Assembly: GCF_018977255.1 (NCBI RefSeq) | Contig: NW_024704742.1 | Span: forward strand, 42,348,001-42,412,000 | Length of the DNA stretch: 64,000 nt | Source of the DNA: Callorhinchus milii | Lineage: Eukaryota | Direction: 5' to 3' | In this document: piece after piece, positions 25,709 to 38,459 of the stretch | How positions within the stretch are numbered: the stretch's first letter is position 1 | How the letters are laid out: each line of letters begins with the position of its first letter | Notes under the pieces: model-generated | Told to the model about the DNA's origin: nothing | Databases searched by the model: none | What the model saw: only the letters and a program-made list of their open reading frames with translations | Program-made: the position numbers and the translations under genes

Positions 25709-27098
25709 ACAAGCATATATTATTTTAGAGTGAGGAAGCCAACCCAGAGGTACATAATGTTAGTAAACTATGCTCAAGACAACAATAATTCAGCATGTGC
25801 TAGGTATGTTTTTTCTTTGCTTATATTACAAACAGACCATCAGAGAGTCCATCTCTAAGTTAGAAGAAATTAACTATTCTGCTCTTCAGACAGAACAGAC
25901 ATTGGCCCTCATATGGTCCTTTTGCTCATTTGCTCATAAAAGGACCGTATTATGGAAATGTTACATTGAATTGGTACACCTTTCAAAATTACCTTTAATT
26001 AGCTGAATTTAAATACATATATTCTTTGGCATAGTATAGGTACTAGTGTCCCATAGCTGGAGATAAGGAAGCCCACATGTTATAAAGAATTATTTTATGC
26101 ATTCATAATAAAGGTATTCAAGTTGACACAATAAAGTCCAATTTCAGGAAGTCATGGTTTGTATACAACACTAAGCTCCATTCTTCTGCACAGCTCCAGC
26201 CAATCATGGACATTAAAGTTGCATCAATCTAGTTTTGGACTCTGCAGTCCTTTTTTGAACCAGCACTCAGCAAATATCTGATTTTTACCTCAGAAGATTG
26301 TTATTGTACGTACTTCTATCTCTTACAATAAGCAGGCATTGTAATTGCAAATTAGGTTTCCAATGAGCTTACATCAGTAACAAATAAATGGGTACTTTTA
26401 TTGCAGAGCTAAAAGCCAGGAAAAAAAGGAAAGTTTGGGCTTCGGTACACACACGACACCAACTGAAACTGATCTTTTCTCAGAAATAGGTGGCTCTAAT
26501 TTCAATATTTGATACCAGATATCTCATTAAGAAATGTGTAACTATTGAATTTCTAACATATTGAATGAATGAAGAATGCATTATTTTTTACACATCAAAT
26601 GTTTATTCTTCAGCATATTTGATGTTATAGAAATTTTGATAACTGCGCATTTCTTTTTAAGAAATACATTAGGAAATGCCACAAATTAGAGCCCACAAAT
26701 CTCTTCATAACAGGTGGTTAGACTCCAGGAATCTCTTTGTAAACTTTCTAAAAGTTCCTGCTTGTAGCCTGAGAAAAAACAACTTTTCTCAACAAGTATG
26801 GGACCCTGTTTCACCCCAACCATTGTAATTTATTGAACTAAATTGTCAATAGTTAAAGGAGAAAAAAGTGTTGCGGGAGTACTTTCCAAACTATTGTTCC
26901 AATTTTGATGGTGTGAAGAAAAGGAAAGTCACTCTCCTGCCTGTCAGGAAGTATGTTATGCTTGTTATGTTGTTCTTGGCCTTTGAGGAGACCCATCATA
27001 TTGTGATTCTCATCTCTGCAGGGAACTGCTCAGGTTGGAGTTAGATTTGAGCAAGTGACTTTATTGGAAATTTCACAGATGTTTTCTTCATCGGTCTT

Positions 27099-27460
27099 GA
27101 GTCCTGTAACTCAGTGGTTAGAGCACACGCCTCACAAGCAAGAGACCTGGGTTTGCTTCCCGGCAAGGCAACATTTTGAGCAAGTTTCCTTACTCCACGC
27201 GCCTCTGTTTACCTAGTAGTAAGCAGGAACCCTGTTGATAGTTGATTGGCGGATCGCTTTTCCGGGGGTAATAATTTCTTCAAAAAAAATAACAAATTGG
27301 TCACTCAATCCACGACTGCTTGGTCGGTCACTGCTGTGTGCAATTGGCTGCACCCTTTGCCAACAAAATATACAGTCAATTCACTTCACAGTATATTCTG
27401 TGAAGAGCTTTGAGATGTGATAAGGCGCTATATCAATGCAAGGATTGTTATTATTATTGT
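27099..27460 (+). mobile_element. tRNA-derived SINE, family A long form
   Basis: Family A head, long internal block, TAT/TGT tail. Confidence 0.88.
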
Positions 27461-27791
27461 TATCCATTGGAATTGTTTAAACTGGAAGAATTGAGCACGA
27501 GCCACATAGTGTAATTGTCCACAAAAGTTGGCATTGAAGATCCCAGGTTCTATGCTTCCCAATTGGAATCATGGTCAAGAAAACTGCTCATTTGCAAAAT
27601 GACTTACTGCATGGTTCTCTGGATTGACAGGAAAATTCAAATTGTTAGTCTCCACAAGGAAGAGAAAGACCAATCAAAATATAAATATCTCCTCTGAAAT
27701 AAAATACTGAATTATATTTTCTTACACTAATTGGAGGATGGACTATATTTAATGTTACATTACATTACGTTGCATTACATTAATATTACAT

Positions 27792-28341
27792 TGAGGCTCG
27801 AGTATGTAAACTCACTGCTTGTCGGCCTTCCCAACTTCTCCCTCCACAGGCTGCAGATCATCCAGTACTCTGCAGCCCGTGTCCTCTCCCGTACTAGGCT
27901 TCGCGACCCTATCACCCCATCCTTGCCCAACTCCATTGGCTTCCCATCACACAGAGGATACAGTTCAAGATCCTGGTCCTCATCTTCAAAGACCTCCACG
28001 TTCTTGCTCCCCCCTATCACTCTGACCTCTTAAACCTCTACCACCTTGCTCACTCCCTCCGCTCAGCGGGCTCCAGCCTGCTTCACGTCCCTCACCTTGC
28101 TCGCCCCACTATCGGCGAGTGAACCTTCCACCACTCTGCACCCACCACTCTCCACCCAGCCTCTGGAACTCCAACCCGCAGTCCTTCCATCTCGCTCCCT
28201 TCCTCGGCACCTTCAAGACCCACCTCAAAACCGTCCTCTTCGACTGTGCTTTCAATCTCCCTGCTTCCCCACATGTCCTCCACCCTCCTCCACCCTGACT
28301 TTCAGTTTGGGTCCGTAACTATGTAATTTTGTTGTTGTTGT
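27792..28341 (+). mobile_element. L2-clade LINE 3' fragment
   Basis: RLEYVNSLLVGLPNFSLHRLQIIQYSAARVL, pyrimidine-rich 3' UTR, TTG tail. Confidence 0.88.
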
Positions 28342-28510
28342 TTATATTTAACCTATTTTTGTTATTCAGTTGGCCTGTTCCTTTTAAAATGATTCAACAT
28401 ATAATAGTAAGTGCTAAAGTGCTAGTAAGGTGCATGCGAACATTGACCTTAATATCTGCAAGGATACTTCGATTTTACAGTTCCATGGTACGTGAAGTGG
28501 TCTAATAAAT

Positions 28511-29651
28511 ACAACAACAAGATTACATTTGTTTAGCACCTTTCACATCGGGAGGACGTCCCAAGGCGCTGGAAGAGTAAGCATTTCAGATTCGAGCTGG
28601 GGTTGGGGGGGTAAGGGAGGGAAAGGGGGTTGGTTGATCGCATGGTCGAAGAGGAGGGTCTTGAGGTGCGACTTGAAGGAGGCTAAGGAGCGAGGTGGAG
28701 TGATTGGGGGATGGAATTCCAGAGGTTGGGGCAGAGTGGCTGAAGGCTCTCCCACCAATGGTGGGGCGGGTGTGTCAGTGGACGTGGAGCAGGACAGAGC
28801 CGGCTGAGCGGAGGGAACGGGTGGGTTGGTAGGGGGTTAGGAGGTCGCAGAGGTATGGAGGGGCGAGGCCATGGAGGGCTTTGTATGTGAGGACCAAGAC
28901 CTTGAACTGGATCCTCTGAAAGATAGGGAGCCAATGGAGTCGGGCGAGAATGGGGGAGATGGGTGCAGGAGAGGACACGGGCTGCAGAGTTCTGGATTAT
29001 CTGCAGCCTGTGGAGGGAGGAGTTGGGAAGGCCGACAAGCAGTGAGTTTGCATAGTCGAGCCTGGAGGTGATAAAGGCATGAACAAGAGTTTCAGAGGCT
29101 TGAGGGGTGAGGTAGTGGCGGAGTCGGGCGAAGTTACAGAGGTGAGAGAAGGCAGAGCGGGTCATGGCTTGAATGTGGGGAAGAAAAGACAGTTGAGGGT
29201 CGAACAAGACACCCAGGTTCCTGACTGGCTATGGTGAGTTGCAGTGAGCAACCATGGAGGTTGATGCTGCCAGAGCCTGAGGTGCTGAGGCACTGGCGCG
29301 AGTCAATCAGGAGGGCCTCAGTCTTGTTCACATTCAACTGTAGGAAATTTTCCCTCATCCAGGACTCGATGTCCGACAGGCAGTCTGTCAGGACAGCAGT
29401 GGTCCTGGAGTTGAGGGTGGAGGCAGAAAGATAGAGTTGGATGTCATCCGCATACATATGGAAGTTGACCCCATGTCTGTGGATGATGTCACCAAGGGGG
29501 AGCATGTAGATATTAAAGAGAGGGCCAAGGACAGAGCCCTGGAGGATGCCAGACGTGACAGTGCGGGGGCAGAAGAAGAAACTGTTAGAGGCAACGAAGT
29601 GGAGACGGTGAGAGATAGGAATCAAACCAGGCAAGGGCAGGTCCATGAAGA
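28511..29651 (-). mobile_element. L2-clade LINE, 5'-truncated (RT C-terminal half, 3' UTR, (TTG)n tail)
   Basis: ORFs 29134..29646 ([27 protein letters not shown]) and 28683..29207 (HAFITSRLDYANSLL); frameshifted; L2-type motifs. Confidence 0.92.
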
Positions 29652-29899
29652 TTGAGTAAAGCGGACAGTGTAAATGGCTGCTTGCTGTTAAACAGCTATT
29701 TAAATTTTATTTTATGGTACGAATGGTTACAAATGTGTGAAATTTGTGGTTTCTCTGAAATTATTAAAACTCTGGATTTTTGCTGCAATTCTACACATTT
29801 TACGTTTAACCCATCCTGCTTGCTTGAAGCAAAAAGTTTATGGGGATATGTCCAAGGTTGTATTTACCTGTAGGGAAAGTTTCTCATCTGTTGATTTAG

Positions 29900-30165
29900 A
29901 TTCTGACAATGCCTTTCATGGATCTTTAAAAAATTGGGTCCACTCTTTCTGTTACCTCTTCAAAGAATTCAATGAGGCTAGTCAAGCATGACCTTCATTT
30001 TTGAAATCTGTGCTGACTATTCTTTATTATATTTTCGTTTTCTAGATGTTTTTCTATTACCTCTTTCAGTAAGGATTTCATTATCTTTCCTACCACCGAA
30101 GCTAAGGTGACAGGTCTATGGTTCCCTTTTTAAGTATAGGAATAACATTAGCTTTTCGCCTATCC
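29900..30165 (-). mobile_element. CR1-clade LINE RT fragment
   Basis: Manual translation RKANVIPILKKG..HRPVTLASVVGKIMKSLLKEVIEKHLENENIIKNSQHRFQK*RSCLTSLIEFFEEVTERV, typical CR1 RT N-terminal motifs. Confidence 0.85.
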
Positions 30166-30318
30166 TATGATTATGTTATGTACAGGGGAGAATCTCATTA
30201 GGTATACACCTAATTTTCCCTTTGATGCTAGGATAATACACTCTTCTACTTAATCTATGTGTTCTACTCTTTGATGGCAACAGACAGACAGAAATTAAGA
30301 GTATGAAAATTACAACCT

Positions 30319-30860
30319 TGTTTGGGTCAGCCGGGTGTCTTACACATGCAGAACCTCATCACCATGCTTCAGACTATCCAAATCAAACTGAGAATTCCAC
30401 AAAATCATGTTGCCTACAGATGGAAATTTCCCTTGTTTGGAATGTGCACTCTCTCCCCTAGGGTTGTACCATGCTTCTCTAATCTCATTATGTACTGGCT
30501 GGAAATTGGCAGGAACTAGGCCTTAGCGACCCCAGAACATGTGTTGCGGGACTGCTAGAGTTCATCCAATTAAAACTGCATTACGAATACCATCTGACAA
30601 GCTTTCTGCTAGTTGTCCATTTTAGGTCAATTTATACATCAGGGCTTTGGCTTGCAGGATTAACAGGAGCTGACTGAGAGAATCCCTGCCCTCAGTGACT
30701 TGTCTGTTCCTCCTGTCAATGAGGCAGTCTGGCTGCACTATCATTAACACTGCCTTGGAGTACTGAACCCACCTGGTTTAGGAACCAGACTACCGAGACC
30801 GCCATATTTGATTGACTCATTTTGGTATTCTGTTTCCAAGCATGTCACCTTGGAGCCAGC
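30319..30860 (-). mobile_element. Repeat family C copy
   Basis: GGTCAGCCGGGTGTCT start and AGGGCTTTGGCTTGCAGGATTAACAGGAGCTGA shared with the 51124 copy. Confidence 0.68.
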
Positions 30861-31289
30861 TCAGCCCCAAGTAGACACGCTTACCTCTCGTTACTAGGAT
30901 TGTCACTAGTTGTTTTTTGTTCATCCATGAAGCACAAGTTTGAGCTCTTACTGAGTAGGTGGCAGGTACCAGGGTCTCCTTGTGAGTGTCTTGGTGAAAA
31001 GCACAACTCAGCAGGAAATGTGTGACAGCTACCATCTTCCTATCTACAGGTTGGACACACATCACTATCCATTGAGCAATATAACCTATAAGGTGATAAT
31101 TATCACATCCTTGAAAAATGTGCCCAACTGGCAATTAATAACTAAAAACATCAACTGTGACCATGTCACTCCCAACTCTGTGACAATAGTTGGGCCTGAG
31201 ACTGGCCCATAACAACAATGAGAATGGCAATCTGGAACAGATTACTACTTTGGAGCGCCAGTTAGCAGGACAATAGCTTTACTCAAATG

Positions 31290-31390
31290 AGCCTAAAGGG
31301 ATAGAATGGACATCTTGGGGTGAGAGCTGGTGCAGATTCAATGGGCTGAATGGCATCCTTCTGTGCTGTAAATTTCTATGATTCTATGAG
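31290..31390 (+). mobile_element. CR1-like 3' end
   Basis: ATGGGCTGAATGGC..CCTTCTGTGCTGTAA followed by (TTCTATGA)2 octamer tail. Confidence 0.7.
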
Positions 31391-31814
31391 CCAATATCCT
31401 GCTAGTCTGAAGTCAAATGCCATGATCTGCAAACCAGAAAGTTGAATACTGCACTTTAGAAAATGATATGGGACCCATCCTATCCATTGTGACAGAGTTG
31501 GAGAGGTGGGCAAGGAAAGGAATAACCAGTCAATGTCTTTACTCATCAACTAACTGCAATAATAATTATCACCAATGTTAATTATCATATAGCAGGTCAG
31601 TTTAAATCGTATTAATTCTAAAAAAAAACATCAATAACCAAGTGGATTAAAAGATTGGTGTTAATTTAGAAAAGTTGCAAATCTGCCATGTTTTCAATGT
31701 AAACTGAGAAAAAGTGAATTAAATACCTACAGTTGGGAATATACTAAACAATTATTTTTAAATGTTGGATGGTGTTTCTTAATTCTAGTATTATCCTGTA
31801 GTCCTGTATTATCC

Positions 31815-32140
31815 GGAGTCCTGTAGCTCAGTGATTAGAGCACTCGCTTTGCAAGCGAGAGACCTGAGTTCAATTCCAGGCAGGGCGAAACCTTGGGCAA
31901 GTTTCCTTACTCCACACGCCTAATAATAATCCCTCCAAAACCAAAAACAATAATAATTTGGTCATTTTCAATCTACGACTGTTTGTGGGACATTGCTGTG
32001 CGCAATTGGCTGCCACGTTCGCCCACAAATATACAGTCAATTCACTTTACAGTGTTTTCTGTGAAGCGCTTTGGGACGTCCTCCCGACGTGAAAAGCACT
32101 ATATCAAATGCAAGGATTATTATTATTATTATTATTATCC
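31815..32140 (+). mobile_element. tRNA-derived SINE, family A short form, young copy with probable TSD TATTATCC
   Basis: Intact head and tail; TATTATCC at 31807-31814 and 32133-32140. Confidence 0.92.
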
Positions 32141-33334
32141 TTAAAACTACAAGATATCAATATTTGCGATGAATCCAGTAAATTCACATTGATCATGAGT
32201 GCAGTTTTTCTTTGTAAAACTTAGTAATCTGTAGCATTGGACAATGAGGTTGCACAGGTTAATTCTTAGAGCATTGATGCTTTATGAGAAAATATATGAA
32301 AATATCTGCAGATTTGCACAATTCATTTTTATAATTTAAAATGACATGACAAAGGAATGGCAAATGATGTTTCTTTATTCTCTGAATAAGAAGGTAAATT
32401 ACTATTCTGTTCTGATGTTTAGGCTTCTCTGCTGTAGAAATCTGCTGTGAGCCTTGAATGATTAAACTGAATTCATCATAAGTATAAAGCTTAGGTAGAG
32501 ATAGACTCTCTTTTGTCAGAAGATAACTCAATGTGGCCTTTTATCTGGGAATATAACAATACATTCTAATCATTTTCTTGCCCAAGTCACAGAAGTTCAC
32601 AGAACTACAGAGGCCTGAAATTCCTAGTCTCAGACTTTTAGACCATTTGTGTTAAAGTATAAGATTGAGCAAATTTGCAGAATTTCTTTTCCCAAGTCAA
32701 TCTTAATTTGAAAGCCTTTTTTTTAAGAATGGCTTGAAACTGCCCTCCAGATTAAGATTGAATTCAAAAATTTGCCACAATCCTGCACAACCTCTATGAC
32801 AAAATGTCCTTAGAGGCTGAGATGAAATGGAAATTCGAGCTCCTAGAGATTATAAAGACATACAAATGAGCCATGTTCATTAGGAATCTCACCACACTAT
32901 CACCACAAGATCACAGCAGTGCATTTCCAACTGCACACCAGTACTTTTGCCTTCCAAAATCTTTATTTCAGTATTTGATTTCAATCATAATAACATAGGA
33001 ACGTATAAAAGCCAGCCAATAAGCTGAGGCTGCGTATGGCAGCTCAGCCCTTCCCGTTTTATTTGGCTAATTTCCAAAAAGTTACACAATAAATATAAAA
33101 CTTTCTTGCTTATTCACCGACAAATACTTTCACTATACTTTACAGTAAATCCTGTAACGCACTTTGCAAGAATTATTATTTTACTATTGTTGTTACTGAG
33201 AACCTCTATAACCAGAGTGGCAGTCCAAGGTAAGGAAGCAATTATTTCATAAAGCTTTTTTGTCCCTACTGCTGAATAGATTTTGTGTCTTGGTAGCATC
33301 CTAAAAATATGGTTTAAATGAAACCAACTATCCT

Positions 33335-33770
33335 CTCTGGGATAGGCAGCCAGTGCGGTATGGCAAGGACTGAGGTGATTAGGGAGCGGAGTTTCGTGCG
33401 GGTGAGAATGCAGGAGGTGAAAAAATAGAGTTGGGTGTCATCTGCATACATGTGGAAATGTACCCCATGTCTGCGGATGACATCCCCAAGAGGGAGCATG
33501 TAGATAAGAAAGAGAAGGGGGCCAAGGATGGATCCTTGGGGTACCCCACAGGTGACCAGGTGAAAGCGGGAGGAGAAGCCGTTTGTGCAGATGTACTGCC
33601 AGCGGTTTGTGAGGTAGGACTCGCACCAGATGCGGTCCCACTGAGGTGGATGACAGAAGAAAGGCGGTGGAGGAGGATGGCGTGATCGATTGTGTCGAAC
33701 GCGGTGGAGAGGTCCAGGAGGACAAGGAGGCAGAGGGAGCCCTGGTCACAGATAGAGAGGTGCAGTCTTT
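33335..33770 (-). mobile_element. L2-clade LINE RT fragment
   Basis: [22 protein letters not shown] and [10 protein letters not shown] in adjacent frames. Confidence 0.9.
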
Positions 33771-33771
33771 C

Positions 33772-34046
33772 AAATGAGATGTTAAACTGAGATTTTGTCT
33801 GTCTGTTTAAGTGGATGTTAAAACTCCCAGGGCGGAAATAGAACCGAGTTTCTCTCGGTATCCTGGCCAACAATCCCCCAAATAAAATTGATCATTTACT
33901 TCATAGCAGTTTGTGGGCAAATTGGCTGTCACATGCACCCACAAAATACAGTCACTCTGCTTCATAGTATATCCTGAGAAGTGCTTTGAGCTATCCTTCT
34001 GATGTGAAAGGCCCTATACCAAATGCAAGAATTATTATTATTATTA
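33772..34046 (+). mobile_element. Family B SINE, 5'-truncated, abutting an L2 fragment
   Basis: Core GGTATCCTGGCCAACAATCCCCCAAATAAAATTG and (TAT)n tail. Confidence 0.75.
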
Positions 34047-34314
34047 ACACTAATGGCCAAGTTACCACAAGATATCTCACTGCTGTTTGTAGGATTTTGC
34101 TGTGCCCAAAATGGCTGCACACAATAACAGCCACTTCACTTGATAGCAATTATTTGTCAAGCATTTTGAGATATTTTGCCATGAGAGGTTCTTTCTCCAC
34201 GCCATTATCATTGTAATATCCTGTCCTTGATACAGTACAGGTTAGGGTTGGTTATTAGTCAACAATAACAATTTCCATTTATATAGCGCACTACATGTGG
34301 GGTTACTTAAGTGC

Positions 34315-34437
34315 TGTCCTTTATAGAGTACATGTCAATGTTTATTATTAGTTTGTCTTTATGCACTACATGTCAGTATTTACTATTAGTCTATCTTTTA
34401 TGCACTACATGTCAGTGTGTGTTATTAGTCCTGTCCG
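34315..34437. repeat. Minisatellite, about 3 copies of a 38-39-bp unit
   Basis: TTTATGCACTACATGTCAGT...TATTAGT recurs. Confidence 0.8.
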
Positions 34438-36381
34438 TTATACAATACTTGGCAATATTTGGTACTACTGGACTTGAATTCCAATTAGTTACTTTTTTAT
34501 ATAAGTAAATACAGCTGCTGATTTTCACCTCCAATGTCTCATAATTTCATTGGGGGCCAGAATCTCCCTCCTTTTCTTGAAAATAGCACTATGGCATCTT
34601 TACCATTCACCTGAATACATAGCTGGGACATCAGATGAACATCTCAACTGAAGAACAGCACCTCAAATAGTGCAGCACTTGCTTAACACTGCACCTGACC
34701 CCAGTTTAAAGTATGAATCAAAGCCTGGTTTTGCTTGAATCCACAACCTTCTGAATCAGAGTTCCACCAAGTGAACCAAGAGAGCAGACCACTCTTGCAT
34801 GAGGTTGCAAATGTTCACCGGAACCCAGGAAGTTACACTATTAAAGAGAAATGATTTAAAAGGGGCAACTGACATAAAATAATGAGATTATCTGTTAACA
34901 CCTCCCCTCAAATCACATTAAAATGCAATAAAACCCTAAAATGAGTAATCTCAGCATGCTCATTCATTGGCTATTTACATAATCCTTCAAATTTAAGCAC
35001 GTGAAAAGGAAGCAACCTTTCTTTTCCTTCATGTTCTTTACTTAAAATCTTTAAACCGTGTGTTACCTTCTTTGGGAGCATTTTAAACGCAACAGGTTCT
35101 GATTATTCTAGCAATTCTAGCAAAAGGCTTTATTGAACTCAAGGGCATGTTTGTTTGGAAGTGGGGTAGGGTGGGGGCAGCAAGAGGCAACATCCTCTAT
35201 CTTACTATAGTGGGGAAAAAATGACTCATTTTGAAAACCTCTGCTTGGTAAAACTGTAAAGTATTGTTCATAAATAGGACAAAAAAAATCACCACATAAA
35301 TTGCGACTAAAGCAGTTATAAATCTCTGTCATTCTGGCTATAGCAAAGCTAAAGTAATACTTGATAAGTACCTAGTTATATTTCACCACCTGTCATCTAT
35401 ATCACTCATCGAAGAGCAGTATTACCTTTGAATGTCAGCATTCACTGACAACATCTATTGCACACAGAAGGCTTGATGGGTATTGATGATATTATTCTAA
35501 GTGGTGTTTTTTTTAAGTCAAAAATACTTTCATATAAATGGTAATCAATCTCTTAATCTTTATTTTAACGTACCAAACATACTGACTTTGAAAAACTAAT
35601 TCTCCCTGCAGGGTTTGTTCTGCATAGCAAAAAAGCTCTAAATGTTGATAAAAGCTGTTTCATAAAACACTGCACAATATTTTTCACGGCACAAGTCATA
35701 ATATTGAATGATTATCATCTGCTTTACTTTGGGGAATATAATTTGGGAGAGAATGGCTCATATAAATAAAAATCACTGACAACACAAAGCATAACTGCAT
35801 CATTAAATTCACCGTTGTTGTTAAAATGATCATACTATGTCCTTTATGAATGATTAGGTTATTGCAAATCAAGCTAGAGATGAAGTGATTATCAAGATAA
35901 GTAATTGCTCAGCACCCCACAGCATCTTTTACAGTGCCAGAACAGACTTTGATGGCACACACTGTAATACAAATTTGTTTATCATCACTCACAACGCTAC
36001 TGTTAGGATTACAAAGCATCTAATCAAGTACAGATACGACTAATTATTCAATATCTCTTAAACTTTCCCTGTACGTTGGATGTTTTCCTTCAAATGTACA
36101 ATATTTATGCTTGTTTCAAAAGCGAGTGCTTGACATTAATCTTAACTGATTTCCAGAGAAAATGCTCCAGTCGCTCATGATACTTTTCAGAACCCATTTC
36201 ATGAACAATTTAGTGGTTTGGAATGTAAGAACATAAGAAATGCTAGATGAAAAAAGACCAGGGTCCATCTAGTTTGCCTTCCACCTTCCTAGCGATCACA
36301 TGCACCTATGACCCAAACTTCCTATGTACTATATCCCATAATGTTATTTCCGAAAAAGGGCTGAGGAATAATACCCTTTTG

Positions 36382-36592
36382 TTTTTGGTCAGTTGGGTGA
36401 CTGACACAAATTCAGAAAATCATCACCATGCCTAAGAGTTTCCAAACCAAACTGAGAGTTCTGTGCATCCCACCTAAACATGGAAATTCAAAAGATATTT
36501 ATAGGTGGGATGCATGAAACTCTCAATTTGGTTTGGTTAAGCATGACAATGGCTTTCTGCACTTGTCAGACACCCAGCTGACCAAAAAAAAA
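36382..36592. repeat. ~210-bp imperfect palindrome made of two inverted family C ends
   Basis: TTTTGGTCAGTTGGGTG...CCAAACCAAACTGAGAGTT..TGCATCCCACCTA versus TAGGTGGGATGCA..AACTCTCAATTTGGTTTGG...CACCCAGCTGACCAAAA. Confidence 0.85.
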
Positions 36593-38459
36593 GAGCACTG
36601 CATTGCATCTGCCAATAGATATTTTGCCTTCATCCCACTGTAGGAGGTAGGAGCCTGTTTTGCTAAATGTTGTGTGTCCTGACAGACTTAACAGTGTGAT
36701 TTTAGTGCTGGAGATGAATGGCTTCATTCCCAGCAGTGCAGTGCAGTGGAGAAGGAAGCTGGATGCTCAACATTGTTTTGAGTCAGACTGGAAAACAAAC
36801 ACCTGATCTCAGTATTCTGAGCATACTCCAAGTGGAAAACAAGAATTGAGTGTTTTTTTAATAGTGAACAAGTGCTCAATGTCTCGCCGTGATGCATGGC
36901 TACTTTAACAACCTTTAGTATGTTACAAATACCATTGGTTTGGTACATTCTCTCCTAATTCCTCATTTGTGTAAACAAACATTAAACATTATGGGTTGAT
37001 ATTGAGTACCCTTGATTTATTCCGCATTTAAAAAAAACACTCTCAGAACCTGAGCTTGAGCCTCGTGACTTTGATATCTGCTCCGCAGGAAAGTGAAAGA
37101 GCGAATTGAAGTACATGGCGTGGTCAATAGAATACATCAAGTAAAACATGACTAGCACACAAACTGTCCTCCTGGTAGAATTACAGCATCTGAAACTGTA
37201 TGCTAATGTATACAGATTGAAAATCAGACATAGAGACATTTACATTGCTTGCTCCTTAGATTGATTACAGCGCAAGGATAGTTGAGCCAGAGCTCAACAG
37301 CATTTGCTTTGCTCTGTCAAGACCCACAGAATAAATGAGTTTTTGCAACTGCAGGAAGTCTGCTTTTCACAGCTAATGTCTGCATTATTCATTCAATTAC
37401 CTGCAATAAGAGCAATGATTTTGCTAAGTATTTAAACCGATTTTACAATTTGAATATTGTCTCATCTGTCCAACCACCAGCCATTTCTGAATAGTTTGAC
37501 AAATTGCAGTTAATACAAAGCGCCTTTGTAATTGTGTGCTGGCTCAGACTTCTGCTAGATCCCTTCCTGCCCTATCTCTCTGATCTCCTATCAACAATAA
37601 CAACAAGATTACATTTGTATAGCGTCTTTCACGTCGGGAGGACGTCCCAAGGCGCTGGGACACTATCACACTCCTCTGCTCACCCATCTCTGTTTAGCTA
37701 ACTTGAATTTTGTGCATAGAAACCTGCGTTACAATCGGTGGCCAGGCATTCCGATTGTATGACCGTAACCTCCCTCAACCCCTCCACCTGCCTTGAAGTT
37801 CTTCCTCTTTGACAGGGTCAATAATTACCTACCCCTTTCTTAGCAACCACCTCCTTCACTCTAAAACGCTCTGAGACATTATTCTATATGAAGAGTGCTA
37901 CCTACATAAGTGAAAATTGTTGTTATTAATTACCTTCTGGATAAAGTAATACTTTCTGGTATCTGTCCTGATAGTGTCCTTTTCAATATTAAACCTTGTC
38001 CCTCATTCTGCTGTCTTGATGCATCTTCTGTTGATCAATTGGCTAGGACACAGTTTGTCTTTGTGATCAAATTATATTTATGGATTCAGTAAAAGACCAT
38101 TCAAAGTATTCCATGGAGCAATTATTATTCTGTGCAGAAAAGAGGCAATGTTTAATGAGTAAAGCGAGTTATTCTGCTTTTTGCACTTCATATAGCACAT
38201 TCCACTAGACGAAGTGCTTGAGAGTTGTGGATAGATCAGCAAGGATGGAAAATAGCAAATTGCTCTTTAGGTCTTTTGTATATTTACCATTGATTATAAA
38301 GACTGAATGAGTAACCATTGCTCTCTGTTATTTTATCTTATTTCAACTAATTTAGGTGGCTTGACAGAATTATTTTTTCCACGTTTATCCATATGATACC
38401 AAAAAATGCCATTGTTTAACACAAAGATGATAGAACTTGTCAAATATCTCCTAAATAGC

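Noticed and set aside
31815..31890. tRNA-Ala/Val genes in SINE heads
   Set aside because: No proper acceptor stem, each is fused to a SINE body and tail, and the anticodon varies among copies.
34315..34437. CRISPR-like array
   Set aside because: Contiguous degenerate tandem units without unique spacers, in vertebrate DNA.
37089..37140. Possible plus-strand micro-exon KVKERIEVHGVVNRIHQ
   Set aside because: Weak splice sites, no recognisable protein match, no partner exons found.
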